64,000 nucleotides of DNA. Source: Azolla caroliniana. Its lineage: Eukaryota; Plantae; Polypodiophyta. The stretch lies in NCBI GenBank assembly GCA_043228905.1, contig JBHGNT010000006.1, positions 4,960,001 to 5,024,000 on the forward strand, read 5' to 3'. Below the pieces are notes generated by a model. That model had not been told where the DNA came from and did not search any database. It saw only the letters and a list, made by a program, of their open reading frames with translations. The number at the start of each line of letters is the position of its first letter. Position 1 is the stretch's first letter. Shown piece by piece: positions 51,800 to 64,000 of this stretch. Position numbers and translations under genes: made by a program.

Positions 51800-53719
51800 G
51801 TGTTACAGAAATGGAATGAAAATGATAACAGGACAAAGTAATACTAATGTGGGATGCATTTTTAGAAGGAGAAACAGAAAACCAGAGGAAAGAGACAGAA
51901 TAGAGGGAGGCCTCCAAATTTAGTGCCACATCATGTCACTTGCTTTCTCTACTACATTTAGTTAGGTTTCTCTTCTATAGACACAATTATATGGGCACTT
52001 CCACATACATACTCCTTTGGTTTGTCGTCCATCGCTTTGATTCCAACATTTTGTCACCCTAATCAGCATCTAAGGTCTACGATTAATGTATGAGAGTTGC
52101 TTGCTCCTTTACGAGACACATTGGATTTGTGATTCCTCTTTGCTCAATATGAGATTAAGTGTGACTTACACGCACGGCTTTCCATTGTTCTCTTGTTGAT
52201 ATGATGCATGGTAAGACTTAGTGGCAAGTTTATTATGCGCAAGAAACATGTGTTTACATGAGACAACTTCCATGCTATAGTATTTCATGGTGGGACCATG
52301 TTAATAAATACGAGTGTGTGTAAGCATCATGACATTCTAGGAGACATATTCTCACTGTAGTGCATATTAATAATTAACCTTATGTATTGCATCAAATGTA
52401 AGCATCACGATAGAATACATTTCATGAGATGTGTCATTTTGCTATGGTGTATGGTAAACCATGAGTATATATTATGTACATGTAAACACCACATGCAAAT
52501 GTAATGGTATTTTATAACAATGAGGCATATCTTTGTTATGATCATGCACGTAGATAAACTACATGCAAACAATGTTTGGCATTTAGTATATCATATATGT
52601 ATATCATATAATGTGTACACTTTGACATAAACACTAGGTTTGTTTTCATAATTACACATGTCAATCCTATGTGATATTTTTGCACATAGATGGTTACACA
52701 CAATCCAATGGAATGGAATCTGTCAATCTAATATGTGGTTAAAAACTATTTTCTTCTTTGCCAAAACATTTGGTTGTCGTCCTTCCCAACTTCATTTGGA
52801 CACTTTACAACTCACAAGACTTGAACTATTTGTACATGCAACACTGTATGGAGTGTTGTGTTGTAAAACCGTTTGGTTGTAGCCAATATGGGATCACCAA
52901 TAATAACGTGTACTCAGATCACATATGCATGTCCCTTCATGGATGTAACTTCATTTCAAAGTTCGAGAAACACTTGTTATATTGAGACAAAATCAAATTA
53001 TGGATGAATAACGAGAAACATGCCAATGTAATGATCTATTTCTTGATCTCATTACAAACCATCAAGAACAGTAATTCTCTATTAGAAGTTTCCAAAACTA
53101 TGATCATCACCATAGCTAATATACACTGGGCATTAAGTCTTCATCTAAACATGGAAAAAGCTGTTAAATAAAGCATATCATGGGAAAATGAACTCAAGTA
53201 CATTGTTTTCTGTTTTGTTATGAAATGACATATATAATTCAGAAAATATTTGGGATTGGTCTGCCTGGGAGTCTGGCCGGCACCCACCGAAGACTAATAA
53301 GATGTAATATAAAAATGTCAATATCCAAGGTTAATAATAACAATATTTTGGGGGTATTGGTGCTCCACTACTAGAATTAGCATTAAAACATATTAATCTG
53401 GCATCATTAAAAACCTCCAACATTAAATGGCAATTGTAATTTGTGAGTACTACAACAACAATTATAATCTACCTCAAGTCGAAGTTAAGGCCGATGCTAA
53501 TAAATTAGTTGCAAATGTATATAGACTACTTCACTATCTCAATCATATATGAATTAATATGCAGTAGTAAATTTTAAGCTCGAGTAGTGCTAGTAAAGCA
53601 TATATAATGTAGTAGTACTGGTGGTAGTAGTAATAGTTATAATAATTATGTAGGTTTTAATTAATATTCCGATGACGACGACGACGATTGCTGCGATGAA
53701 TTACAATGAATTACATTCG

Positions 53720-56700
53720 CTAGCTGAAACGCATGGGTGCTCGACCATATACATTAGTGTAGCTAGGTGTGGCTGGTTGCTGAAGCTGCAAATTACTATA
53801 TGCACTTGGATCCGGTGAGTTGTTGCTAGTACTAGTGTTAATCGTAGTATTGTTGCCGAAGTTAATGTGAGAGGATGAGTTTTGAAGCTCCAAGGTAAGT
53901 GAAACCCCGCTCTTCATGAAATTACTACTGGTGTTAATTAACCCATGATGCATGTTATTCATCTGATGATCTGCATGTGATGATGATCCATGGACCAGTT
54001 GTCCCATATTGTGGATTGATTCATAACATTGTTGTTGTTGTTGTTGTTGATGATGATGATGTGTGCCCAATTGATGTAATGATTCGTTATGGGGTTCTTT
54101 TAATGTATGCAAGCTGACCATAGCCGTGGATCTTTGTTGTTGCTGCATAGGTGTAAGTTGCTCCATGCTGTTATACAAACTCATCGATGCGCCAGATGGT
54201 CCACTAATGCCGAGGTGCCGTTGATTAACATCCCCACCAGCATTATTAGTGTACATATTATGATGATCTGATCCAGATAGGCGACCAATATGCCGGGAGG
54301 CTGTCAATGTGGATGCACCACCTAGCTGGCTGTTATTATAGCCACTCGCATTTTGACCGAAATCGTGGTCCGATGATGACGAAGATCGCCTCGGCTGATG
54401 AAAATTTGTATTCTGTTCATGGAACCCAATTCCACCTACATTTTGATCACGATGATCTAGCGCCATACTAACTTGCCTACTGGAGGCACTATTAGTAGTA
54501 TTGGTAGCAGTTGTGGAGGTGCCATGGCTCAGGATAATACCACCCGACTCATCCTTTGTTACTGGTCCGACAACACTCGTAGCCGGAGGAGGCGTTGAGG
54601 ACGTTGTAGAGAGAATGGCAGTAGTGGCTGATGTATTATACGACATGTCCACTGCATTGGCTGTGGTGACTGCATTGCTGGTAGCTCCTTGATCATTGTT
54701 CGCAAGTTCCAACTCCTTGCTTTCTTCCACATACATTTGTTCCACCATGGGCTTCCAGAGCCGCACACGCGCATTAATGAACCAGTTCGAAACCTGGTGA
54801 AAATGATAATAAATTTGTAACCACAAAAGCTTTTCAACAAGCAAACCCAAATAACAATCGGCACTATAAAGTCCACAATGTCGATAATGTAATAAGATTC
54901 CTAATGGTTCATTACATGTTTATTTGTCTAGTATTCCTCATTCTAACTGTCTAGCTAGCTTGTAATTAACTGTATATGAAGCCATTGGTTACCAAGATAA
55001 TATGGTGAAAGAACTATAGAAGAAGAAAATGGGAAGGAATTGACCAATTACCTGGTTTCTGGTGAGACCAGTTAGTCGCGCCAGCATTAGCTTCTCTGAA
55101 TCTTTTGGGTATCTGTGAAGAAGGCAAAACAGTGCAGTATATTGAATCAATCCTATACATATATGCATTACCCAAACATCTCTACATAATATATATTTCA
55201 CTCCATACATACATGTAGCATATATGTATATGTATGCAGCTTTAATATAGTATTAGGTATGGTTATATTATACATACATTTATTGAGTTTTACGATGCAT
55301 TGTATGATATGTATATGAATGGATGATGTATGTATGTAATTAATTGCATACAGTTTATTATGCATGCATGTATCCCTACCTTATATATCTGTGTCATGTG
55401 TGAATGAATGTATAGAATAACAGTCTGCTATATTTATTTCTCGTCATGGTATACTTTTGTAAGCCCAATCATGAATGAACAAATTCCCAACTCATAATCA
55501 AGTAATGATTAATAAGCTATTTATTGCCTCCTAAGTATGATTGCATTTGGAGAATCATTACATTTTCAATTACATATATAAAAGCATCCGTTTTGTATCC
55601 GTATGCTTCTCTGTACATATATGTGTGTGTATATACATATATATATATATACATCTACAGATGTGTGTTGTAAATATACATATGTGTATACACAAGCAAA
55701 CATATATAAAATATCATGCATGCATATCCCTCTCAAAAATTAGACGCACATATGATTCATATTCACATCATAACATACACACACAATACCCATTTATGAA
55801 GGAATCAAAATAATCACAAACCATTTTGATGTTATACTACTTATGGATGGTGGTGAACTAGGGAAGCAAAACAATGTGGATTCATATAAACTATGCAAAA
55901 CTAGGGACCAAAAAGACAATGACTTACGGGTGAAGGAAGTGCTCAAAGAGCCAGGCGCGGAGGACAGAGACTGAGCGCTCAGGAAGGCCACGTTGAGGCC
56001 GCCACACTTGTTGTTGTTGGAACATGCCAATCTGTTGGAGGGCACGTTGGTGGCGGAGCCTTTGGTCCAAGATACGAAGACGCGGGGTCTCACCCTTGTT
56101 GAGAATGGGGACACTCGACAGCTCCTCGCCTAATGCAGTGCACACCTTATGAATGTGGTCCCCTATTGCATCCCTTAAGCCCCGGAATTGCCTGGACACC
56201 ACTTTCCGAGCCAATGCTGTATATGGAGCGGCTGCCCCAAGACCTGTTGCCGACTCGAACGACGTGATGATCAGCTGCATCTTATCCCTATACTCTTGAT
56301 ACCTTCTGTCCAACTGCAGCCATTTGCATGAAATTTATATCAATAAAAAATTATACAGATATTTGCATCATAACAATGACCACACATATTCCTACCATCA
56401 TGCATTAATGAGACATTCTGTCACAATCTTAAATTGTTTTACATTTTATATTCATATATGTACATAAATTATAATACTACACTTGGATTTAATACACACA
56501 ATGAGTTTGCCAGCTGTCTTGTCAATGATATAACTCCATGTTCAATTAAAGGTCAGATGAGAGTAGAGACAACTACTCATATGATCCAAGCTTCTGTCTA
56601 TGTTCATAATATATATCTGGGTTTAGGTTTATATAGTTAGTACCCGAACATCTATAGATTAACAGAGCAATATGGATAGTATTATATACATATAGAATGA

Positions 56701-59700
56701 GTCAGATATAGATAATCCAAGTCCCAAGGAAATTACAAGACGTTTTACGTGAAATGTTGTATTTATATTCTTAATGATGAGCATACTGTAGTTTGCCCTT
56801 CCAACATATATTATATGCTATGAAAGCTATGCAATGCCTATATTGCAATTAGGAACTAAAGTTTCTTTGTCAACATCATGGATTTAGATATTTATGTACA
56901 TTTGGCACAGTTTTCCAATATGTTTGTTTGATGTGATATCCACACTGCAAATTGGAGGCAATAGAAAAAGTTGGGAAGAACGAGAACGGTAATAGCCCCG
57001 CCATATAGATCTTGGAACATTTTATATACATATGCCTAAAGAACCCTTTACACTAATTTAAAAAACCATTTACTATGCATTGATGTCTTGGAACTTACAA
57101 AACATTTATATGCAAAAAGACAATAATTCCCCACATTACCTATACATATATATCCATTCTAATTTTATGTAGACTTGACCAAACACACTACATGTTTTTA
57201 CATATTTGACTCTATAATTCTCTGTGCAATGATTTTTTATGCCATTCTCCCACGCGCAGACAACATGATATGGAATCTGGATTGCAAGAGACCTAAAAGA
57301 ATAGAACATGTAGAGACCTTTATCTCTAAATACATGGAAACTTCAGAAACTATTTAACACAAACTTGATTTTATGGCATTCTCCCACGTGCAGACAAAAT
57401 GATATGGATTGCAAGAGACCTAAAAGAGTAGAACATGTAGAGACCTTTATCTCTAAATATATGGAAACTTAAGGAACTATTAAACAAAAACTTGATTTTA
57501 CACATAAATAAGCAAGAAACCTAATATTCAACCAACAAATTTGAGAAGCCCTCAATGAGGGTTACCACCTCTTTTGTGATCAAGTTATTGCAAGCAATGG
57601 ATTTTAAAATCAAGCAGGTTGAGAAATAGAGTCAACTTGATATTTAATATACGATAGATATAAGGAGCTAGAGCCTCTATGGTGTTTTCGTTTTTAAGGT
57701 GAAAACATTCGGGGCATACTGAAGCCACATTATAATAGGGTGAGGATGACGAAGATGTGATAAAGGAAGTGTGGTTTTGTCTTGTGTGAATAGTAGAAAG
57801 CAAGGCAAACAACAATTTGGTATATTTGGAAGGCCAGATGTTTGAAGGTATTCCAAAATGTGACGAAAAGTCCTGCCCAGATAATTTCTAGGCCACAGAG
57901 CTTGTACATAATCTCAGAGGTTCTTTGGATAACATAAAAGGTAATACACAATGGGCAAAGTTACAACGATTGGAGTTTCGTGCCATATTGGATGAAGGAA
58001 TATTTTATAGGTGGATTTCTGACAAGGTGGAGTGGTTCTACTCTTACACCGAAGAATTTTTATTTAAATCGCCAGTTAGAACTTAGCACGCGGGTCATTA
58101 CATTAATCCTTGTCATTACCTAACTTAGCCTTTGGGTGTTTTCTTAATATGAATGTTGTGTCTTTCTTGGGAAAAAAAATTGGAGTCAATTTCTACATAA
58201 GAACAACTACAATGGGACGCAAAAAAGAGGCTAAGCAAAATATTGTCAACATGGTCTCTACATATAGGCCAAGCAAAACATTGCGAACATGGCCTCCACA
58301 TAGGCATCGTTGTGTACATATTGTCTCATACACAACCATTACATGCCATAAATATTCTCCATGCTTCTAAGGTCACATGTTCATGCCCATCGTATAAAGT
58401 ATATTGGTAGAGTTGACATACAATCATCTAATTAACATATTATGATATAGTTTGGGTTTGAATCTATGAGATAGAGCCAATATAGAGAAAGTGATACGAG
58501 GGCTACAAATATTGTACACGGATGACAAATGGTCAATTACATTGTCCTAAGTGGCTAGATTAAAAGACAGATATAATATTTGATGAAAATTGTCATATGT
58601 GGCTGGTTGGGTGGTTGATAGATAGAAAAGATTCAATGCTTCTTTAAACACTAACAAAGCTCATGATCATGTGGTAGCCCAATCAAATAATCATATGCTA
58701 GAGGGAAATATGAGCATATGAGACAAATCATGAGCACAAATTATATGAGTGAATTCAAATTATTCGTATTGAAACAAAAATAAAACCTGTTGTTTCCGAT
58801 CCATGATAATGATCTAGTACTCCATGTAATGGGATGATTCTTGAGATGGTTTACGAGCATGAATGATTAGTGGATAGGTATTCTGCAGTGATGTCCAAGT
58901 TCACTCAGTGGATCTGGATGTTCTTGAGAGCATTCTCCATGGCCAAAGAAAAGGATAAATGTGTATGTATGTATGTATGTATGAATGTATAGATAGTATG
59001 AGCAAGCTTGGTGACGGAGAACATGATAAATGTTTCTTTTTCAAACTATCATCATGCAAGTTGTTGGCTAATGAAGCTAAGTGTACAATTTATTGCATAT
59101 TTTGCACACATTAAAGAGTATAGTATCCTCAACATGATGTAAGGCATGACATGTTGTGCATACAGCATCATGTTTTCTTGCTTGCCCCTGTTGTCTAGTC
59201 GACATGCTTATGACCTTTCTGAAAATAATCATGCTATAAAGGTTACTAATCCCACATGGTTTTAGATGCTAATTGTGAAGACAGAACAAAAATATGCCCA
59301 TGAGTTTAAATCGAGAAATCGGTTTGCTTGCATCAATCATAGTTGAAATAATATTTACATAGCAAGGGCAGAAAAATTTGAATGCAGTTTCAATAGGCTG
59401 CCGAATGTATGTGTTAAATTAGTCAGCAGCTTACAGACAGTTCCAATATTGGCTTTAAGCCAATAGCCCTGTGGTAGAATTAGTTATACTTTACATCGAG
59501 CAACAAATATTTTGTTCTCTCACACTGTGGATCAGGTTTTACAACAAAACGGCGTAAATCTATGGTAACGTTTATAATGAGATGACATTTCCCTTATGGA
59601 ACGTGTTTTTGGCGTTAAATAGAAGGCTTACATTTCCTTGTTCTAAAAGAGCATGAGCTGTTTGAACGTTTTCGACAATATTGGCTATGGAAACTTAACG

Positions 59701-62700
59701 TCTATAGTTTGAAAATATCAAACCACCGAAAACTAAATTAACATATCAACCTTTTTCATAACATCGTAATTATTGGATACAATATAGTGCTTAGAGATAC
59801 ATGGAATAACATTTTGGATCAAATGTATAAAGAGACTACGGAGAACTGTTTTGGATCAACATTATAATTCATATAAGAAAATTACATTCAGAAATGGGTT
59901 AAATATAATCTCAATATTTTCTAAAGGTCAAGAAGCGGCATAAAACCAGATTCTTAACCCACGTGCAACTGGATTAATAACATATTAACAAAATTGTATT
60001 TAACCTTTGTAAGAGGGTTAAGGTCAAGATTATTCAGGGGGGTTGGGTGAGAAGCTAGGGTTGCGACGTCATGTTAATGTATGACTAGATCATGCGATTT
60101 ATGAGAATGAATTAGTTTTCTACAATTTTAGATCAGAGAGAAGTAATGATTATAAGCATCTTTGCATTGTTCAGCATGATGTAGAGCATTGATTATTATA
60201 AAGATTAGGAGCTCGTTAATGAGTGTTTGGAAGAACCTCTAAGGACGATTAAATATGGTGACTTCACGTTGTGATAAACTATCCCGAGTTCTTGTAAAAA
60301 TATGTCAGATTTCGAAAAGGTCATGGGCCATGGCACGAGACTAGGTTCAAATGAATTCAAGTAATTTGGAGAAATATAATCAGGAGCTATAATGATGAGT
60401 TTCCCATAACACTGCACATTGCATAAATTTTCACTACACCACCCACCCATTAACACATCATAACTCTCATACCATAATATAATCAATTTCACAACTAGGT
60501 TGTAATATAGGATTCTAACAATTTGTTGCGAAATAAGGTCCAGAGCTCCTCCGAAATGGATAGGTTGTTTAAGTATATAGATTATTAATGAGTGATATTT
60601 TTCACATGCACCATACACATGCAGCATATTGTTCAGTGTAAGGATTATTCGAATTGTCTCCAAAATTCATTCAAATAATATCAGGACTCAGTGGATGATG
60701 CTCTCCAATAAGACAGCTAATCCTCACTCGACGATATAATGATAAATTCTTCGAGGTGATTTAATGAGTTGAATCTGCAGCTCCATGTATTCTAAAGTGA
60801 ATTCGACAAAATCCAAGACAAAATAAATTCAATCCTCTTTTCACTAATAGAGAGTCTCATAATTTCATTGGCAAGGATTAATAGCTAGTTTAAGTGATTG
60901 GAGGTAGAGCATGGTACTAGACGTCTTCAGTTCCCATATCTGTCCATAAGTAGAGTTGTATCCAATGGACATCTATCATGTTGCCACATACAGGTTTGTG
61001 ATACATATATTTATTTATGTGTAAATGTATGGTGTGGATGACAGCCAATATCCAATGCCTTTCCACGGACATTTTCGAGCTGAGTTGAGAAATATATCAG
61101 ATTAGGGTTTCCATCACTACCTCATGACTTCTATGAATGTTTCCAGGCGAGGCGAAATTACATTAATCTTAAAATATAGAAGACTGAACAGTAACTCATC
61201 GCTTCGTTGCGCACATGGCGTACAACAAGACTTCTGATTGTTCAGCATTATGTTCATCCTTGATTGTTAATTATGTGTCCTATAATCATAGACTTCTGAT
61301 TGTTCAGCATTATGTTCATCCTTGATTGTTAATTATGTGTCCTATAATCATATGGCTGAACTGGAGTAAGTATTTACGGAGGTGGCAAAAATCATGGATA
61401 ACTAAGCATTTAAAACATGGTCTGGTAACTGTAAATTTAGGGCAATGTCTACTGAGGGTATAATACAGCATGGATTGATAAGCTAGGTGATCCTAGGTTT
61501 TGTATGTTTCCATGTTTTTCTCAGCCGATATTACCGCTCTAATCCTCTGTATTACTACTAATATCTTAATAGTAGCTTATACTGTTGGCGGTTACTTTAT
61601 TATGCACGCTCCATCCAGGCTCGATTATCCTTATAAATTATTGGTGGGGCACAGAAAATCTACATTATTGGATAGCGACAAATTATTAGTTTCCCATGGC
61701 TATAATTGAAATGTCAATGCCTTAGTATTATAAGATCCCATTGGTTAATGGCATATAATTATTCGACCCTTCCTTTTTGACTTATGAATATCTCTATATA
61801 TACATATTGCGAGATCATTAATTTGGTTATGGCATATTGCTAGTCCTGATTTATGGATCTTGACTAGTTGATGTATGGAGGTATAGGCAATAAATGAACT
61901 CATGGTATCCTGTTAATGTTGCCTAAACATGCTCCTCCATAGCTATGATTATAAGATTGAGGTTACCATGGAGCAATATAATCGCCCACAGACATTACAT
62001 ATACAGTAATTGCTAGGTCTCCGACAAGCTCACAACATACACGTATCAAACCTACGAGTTTGTGTGACCTCTACTGATTCCACATAATTTGTGGAAATCT
62101 GACAGATCAGTATGACAGGAGCTGCATGACCAATAGATACAGTCCCGTGTTATATATATATATATATATATGGGGCTCGCCGATAGAATGGATTAGTTGG
62201 TGCTACAAGGAATTACTAGAAGCTGGCCATGGCATGGCGGGTGCAAGGTGGGATAAAGCATTCTATTGCAGCCACTGGCAGAGATTAGATTGTTGTGGGA
62301 GCATGGAGATCAATGCATGCATGCATGTATGTATGTATGTATGTATGTATGTATGTGTGGGTATAATATAACAATATATGGAAACACAGAGACAGAGACA
62401 GAGAGCTCATGATCAACATGTTGCTATTAGTGTCAATTCATAAGCAATAGATTCTCTTCTTACACATGGGTAACTGCTAAGCCGTGATCAGATTGCACTT
62501 CTACCATTAATATGCCCCGTTGACACATGGACATGCACATGCACACTAACACTAAACCACATACACCGAAACAGAGGAAACAGAGACACAAAAGCAGTGA
62601 AAGATCAGATGTGCAGAGATGTATTCAGAATGATTGTATGTATGTATGTATGTATGTATGTATGTATATGTGTGGGAGTGTGTGTACCTCTTCCACCATT

Positions 62701-64000
62701 CCAATCAAGCGTAGCTTCCTCATCTGGAGCTGATACCTCTCATCTGCAGGTAGCTGCTTGGGCGGTGTGATGGGCGGGGAGGCGCCGCTCTGCTGATCTC
62801 CCGCGGTGCTCTGCGGATGGCTCGTGGTGCTCGCATTCCCGTGATCCGAAGCCGAAGTGGCCGCCGTGGGCAGGGCATCGTTCATGCCATAGCTCGAAGA
62901 TCCCCCCACGTTCTGTGCCGCCCCCGCAGTTGTGCTCATGGTGGCCGTTCCGGCATCATTATTGCTGGTATTGGCGGCCGCTGCAGCCGCCATGGAGGAG
63001 GAGGAGTTTGATGATTTCCAAAGATTCGGGAGCACATCCCTCCCCACATTGCAGAACTCGTCCAGAAGCTGCTGCGCGGCTTTCAAGTATTTGGAATTAC
63101 GAAGCGCCCCTACCGATGACCCTACAGATTTTTTAGAACAGACAAAAATATATCCATTGAAAATATTCATCATTGGAGATTTAGCATATGAGCAAGGTAA
63201 GCATTTCAAAAAAAGAAAACATTTCAGACAGATCCATATAGTTCTATGTGCTGGAAATTTACCGGAGCGAGAGTATCGGCTTTCGTGGGTTAAGCTAGCA
63301 CCGCCCGTACTGCCACCCATACTGGCCATTCCGCCGCTGCCCCCTCCAAGTATATTCGCTGAGCGATGTGTCGGTGATTGAATGAACAGGGACAAGCTTC
63401 CCGACGCGCCTTGAGCCTGTCCCACCCCCGATTGTTGCGTAGCATAATGCTGTAATTGATTGTGATGATGGTGATGATATGTGTCAGTTGCCGCCGACCG
63501 GAGATTATTGAGATGAACGGGAATCGCAGACGGGTAACTACTCATATGGCCTCCGCCCAAATGATGGATGTCTGCTTCTTGTGCCATGAACAAATTGTCA
63601 AGGGCAGTAGAGTTTGAAGCATTGGCATTCATCATGCTCATCTGGCTGTCCAAATGGGCGTGGCCCTGTTGCAAGCTGGAGATGGTCCATGAGGCATGGG
63701 GATGATGCAGCCCAGGGACTTGTTGTGGGTCATGATCATCCCGGGACGGGAGCGTAGTTTGTCCACCGCCCAGCGGGTGCTGGTGCTGGTGCTGGCCATG
63801 GCCGGGGCCGGTGGTGGTGGTCATCATGCTGTGGAAGGGAGGGGGGGTATGTGGGACATTGTCATGAAGGGAGCTCGCATTAATCATGAGGAGAGAATTA
63901 GGGTTAAGGTTAGAGTGGCCATGGGGTTGGTTTGTGTTGATATCTAGATGGGCCTTGATGCCCATGTTAGTATGCATGATCGGGTTGTGGGCAGGGGCAC
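53720..64000 (-). CDS. BEL1-like TALE homeodomain transcription factor; 5' end probably beyond the window
   Basis: Exons >=64000-63263, 63121-62688 (SKY box [17 protein letters not shown]), 56313-55928 (BELL domain and [26 protein letters not shown]), 55112-55052 ([20 protein letters not shown]), 54793-53720 ([18 protein letters not shown]; VSLTLEL box). Confidence 0.96.
57235..57500. repeat. ~130-bp tandem duplication in the BELL intron
   Basis: atg.cattctcccacg.gcagacaa.atgatatgga...ttgcaagagacctaaaaga.tagaacatgtagagacctttatctctaaata.atggaaactt occurs twice. Confidence 0.9.
61229..61352. repeat. Exact ~62-bp tandem duplication in the BELL intron
   Basis: agacttctgattgttcagcattatgttcatccttgattgttaattatgtgtcctataatcat occurs twice. 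Confidence 0.95.

Noticed and set aside
60205-60663. 152-aa minus-strand ORF and a plus-strand TAHCIN (hAT-like) peptide in the BELL intron
   Set aside because: No recognisable domain in the ORF, and a single short motif is not enough to call a transposon.

Overview
Gene-rich eukaryotic (land-plant) nuclear DNA. The PLS-PPR style, the Tcn1-like chromovirus and the intron/microsatellite composition suggest a non-seed plant, most likely a fern (inference). I reconstructed seven protein genes by hand from splice sites: an intronless PLS-class PPR gene running off the left edge (-), a 124-aa three-exon gene of unknown function (+), UVSSA (-), exocyst SEC15 (-), ATAD3 (-, 8 exons), a TOM1/THH1-like gene (-, 11 exons, one GC-AG intron) and a BEL1-like TALE homeobox gene running off the right edge (-). 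Transposons: two solo LTRs of one family, and a three-level nest in which a Copia with TG..TA LTRs sits in the LTR of a Tcn1-like Gypsy, which sits in a LINE ORF1. The most unusual feature lies in the SEC15 5'UTR intron. It is a 3.8-kb insertion bounded by a single 5-bp TSD, but its two ends are two unrelated LTRs facing inward, each followed by its own tRNA-Arg-type primer-binding site. The Copia protein resembles grass Ale-type elements as I recall them, which makes it a horizontal-transfer candidate to test.
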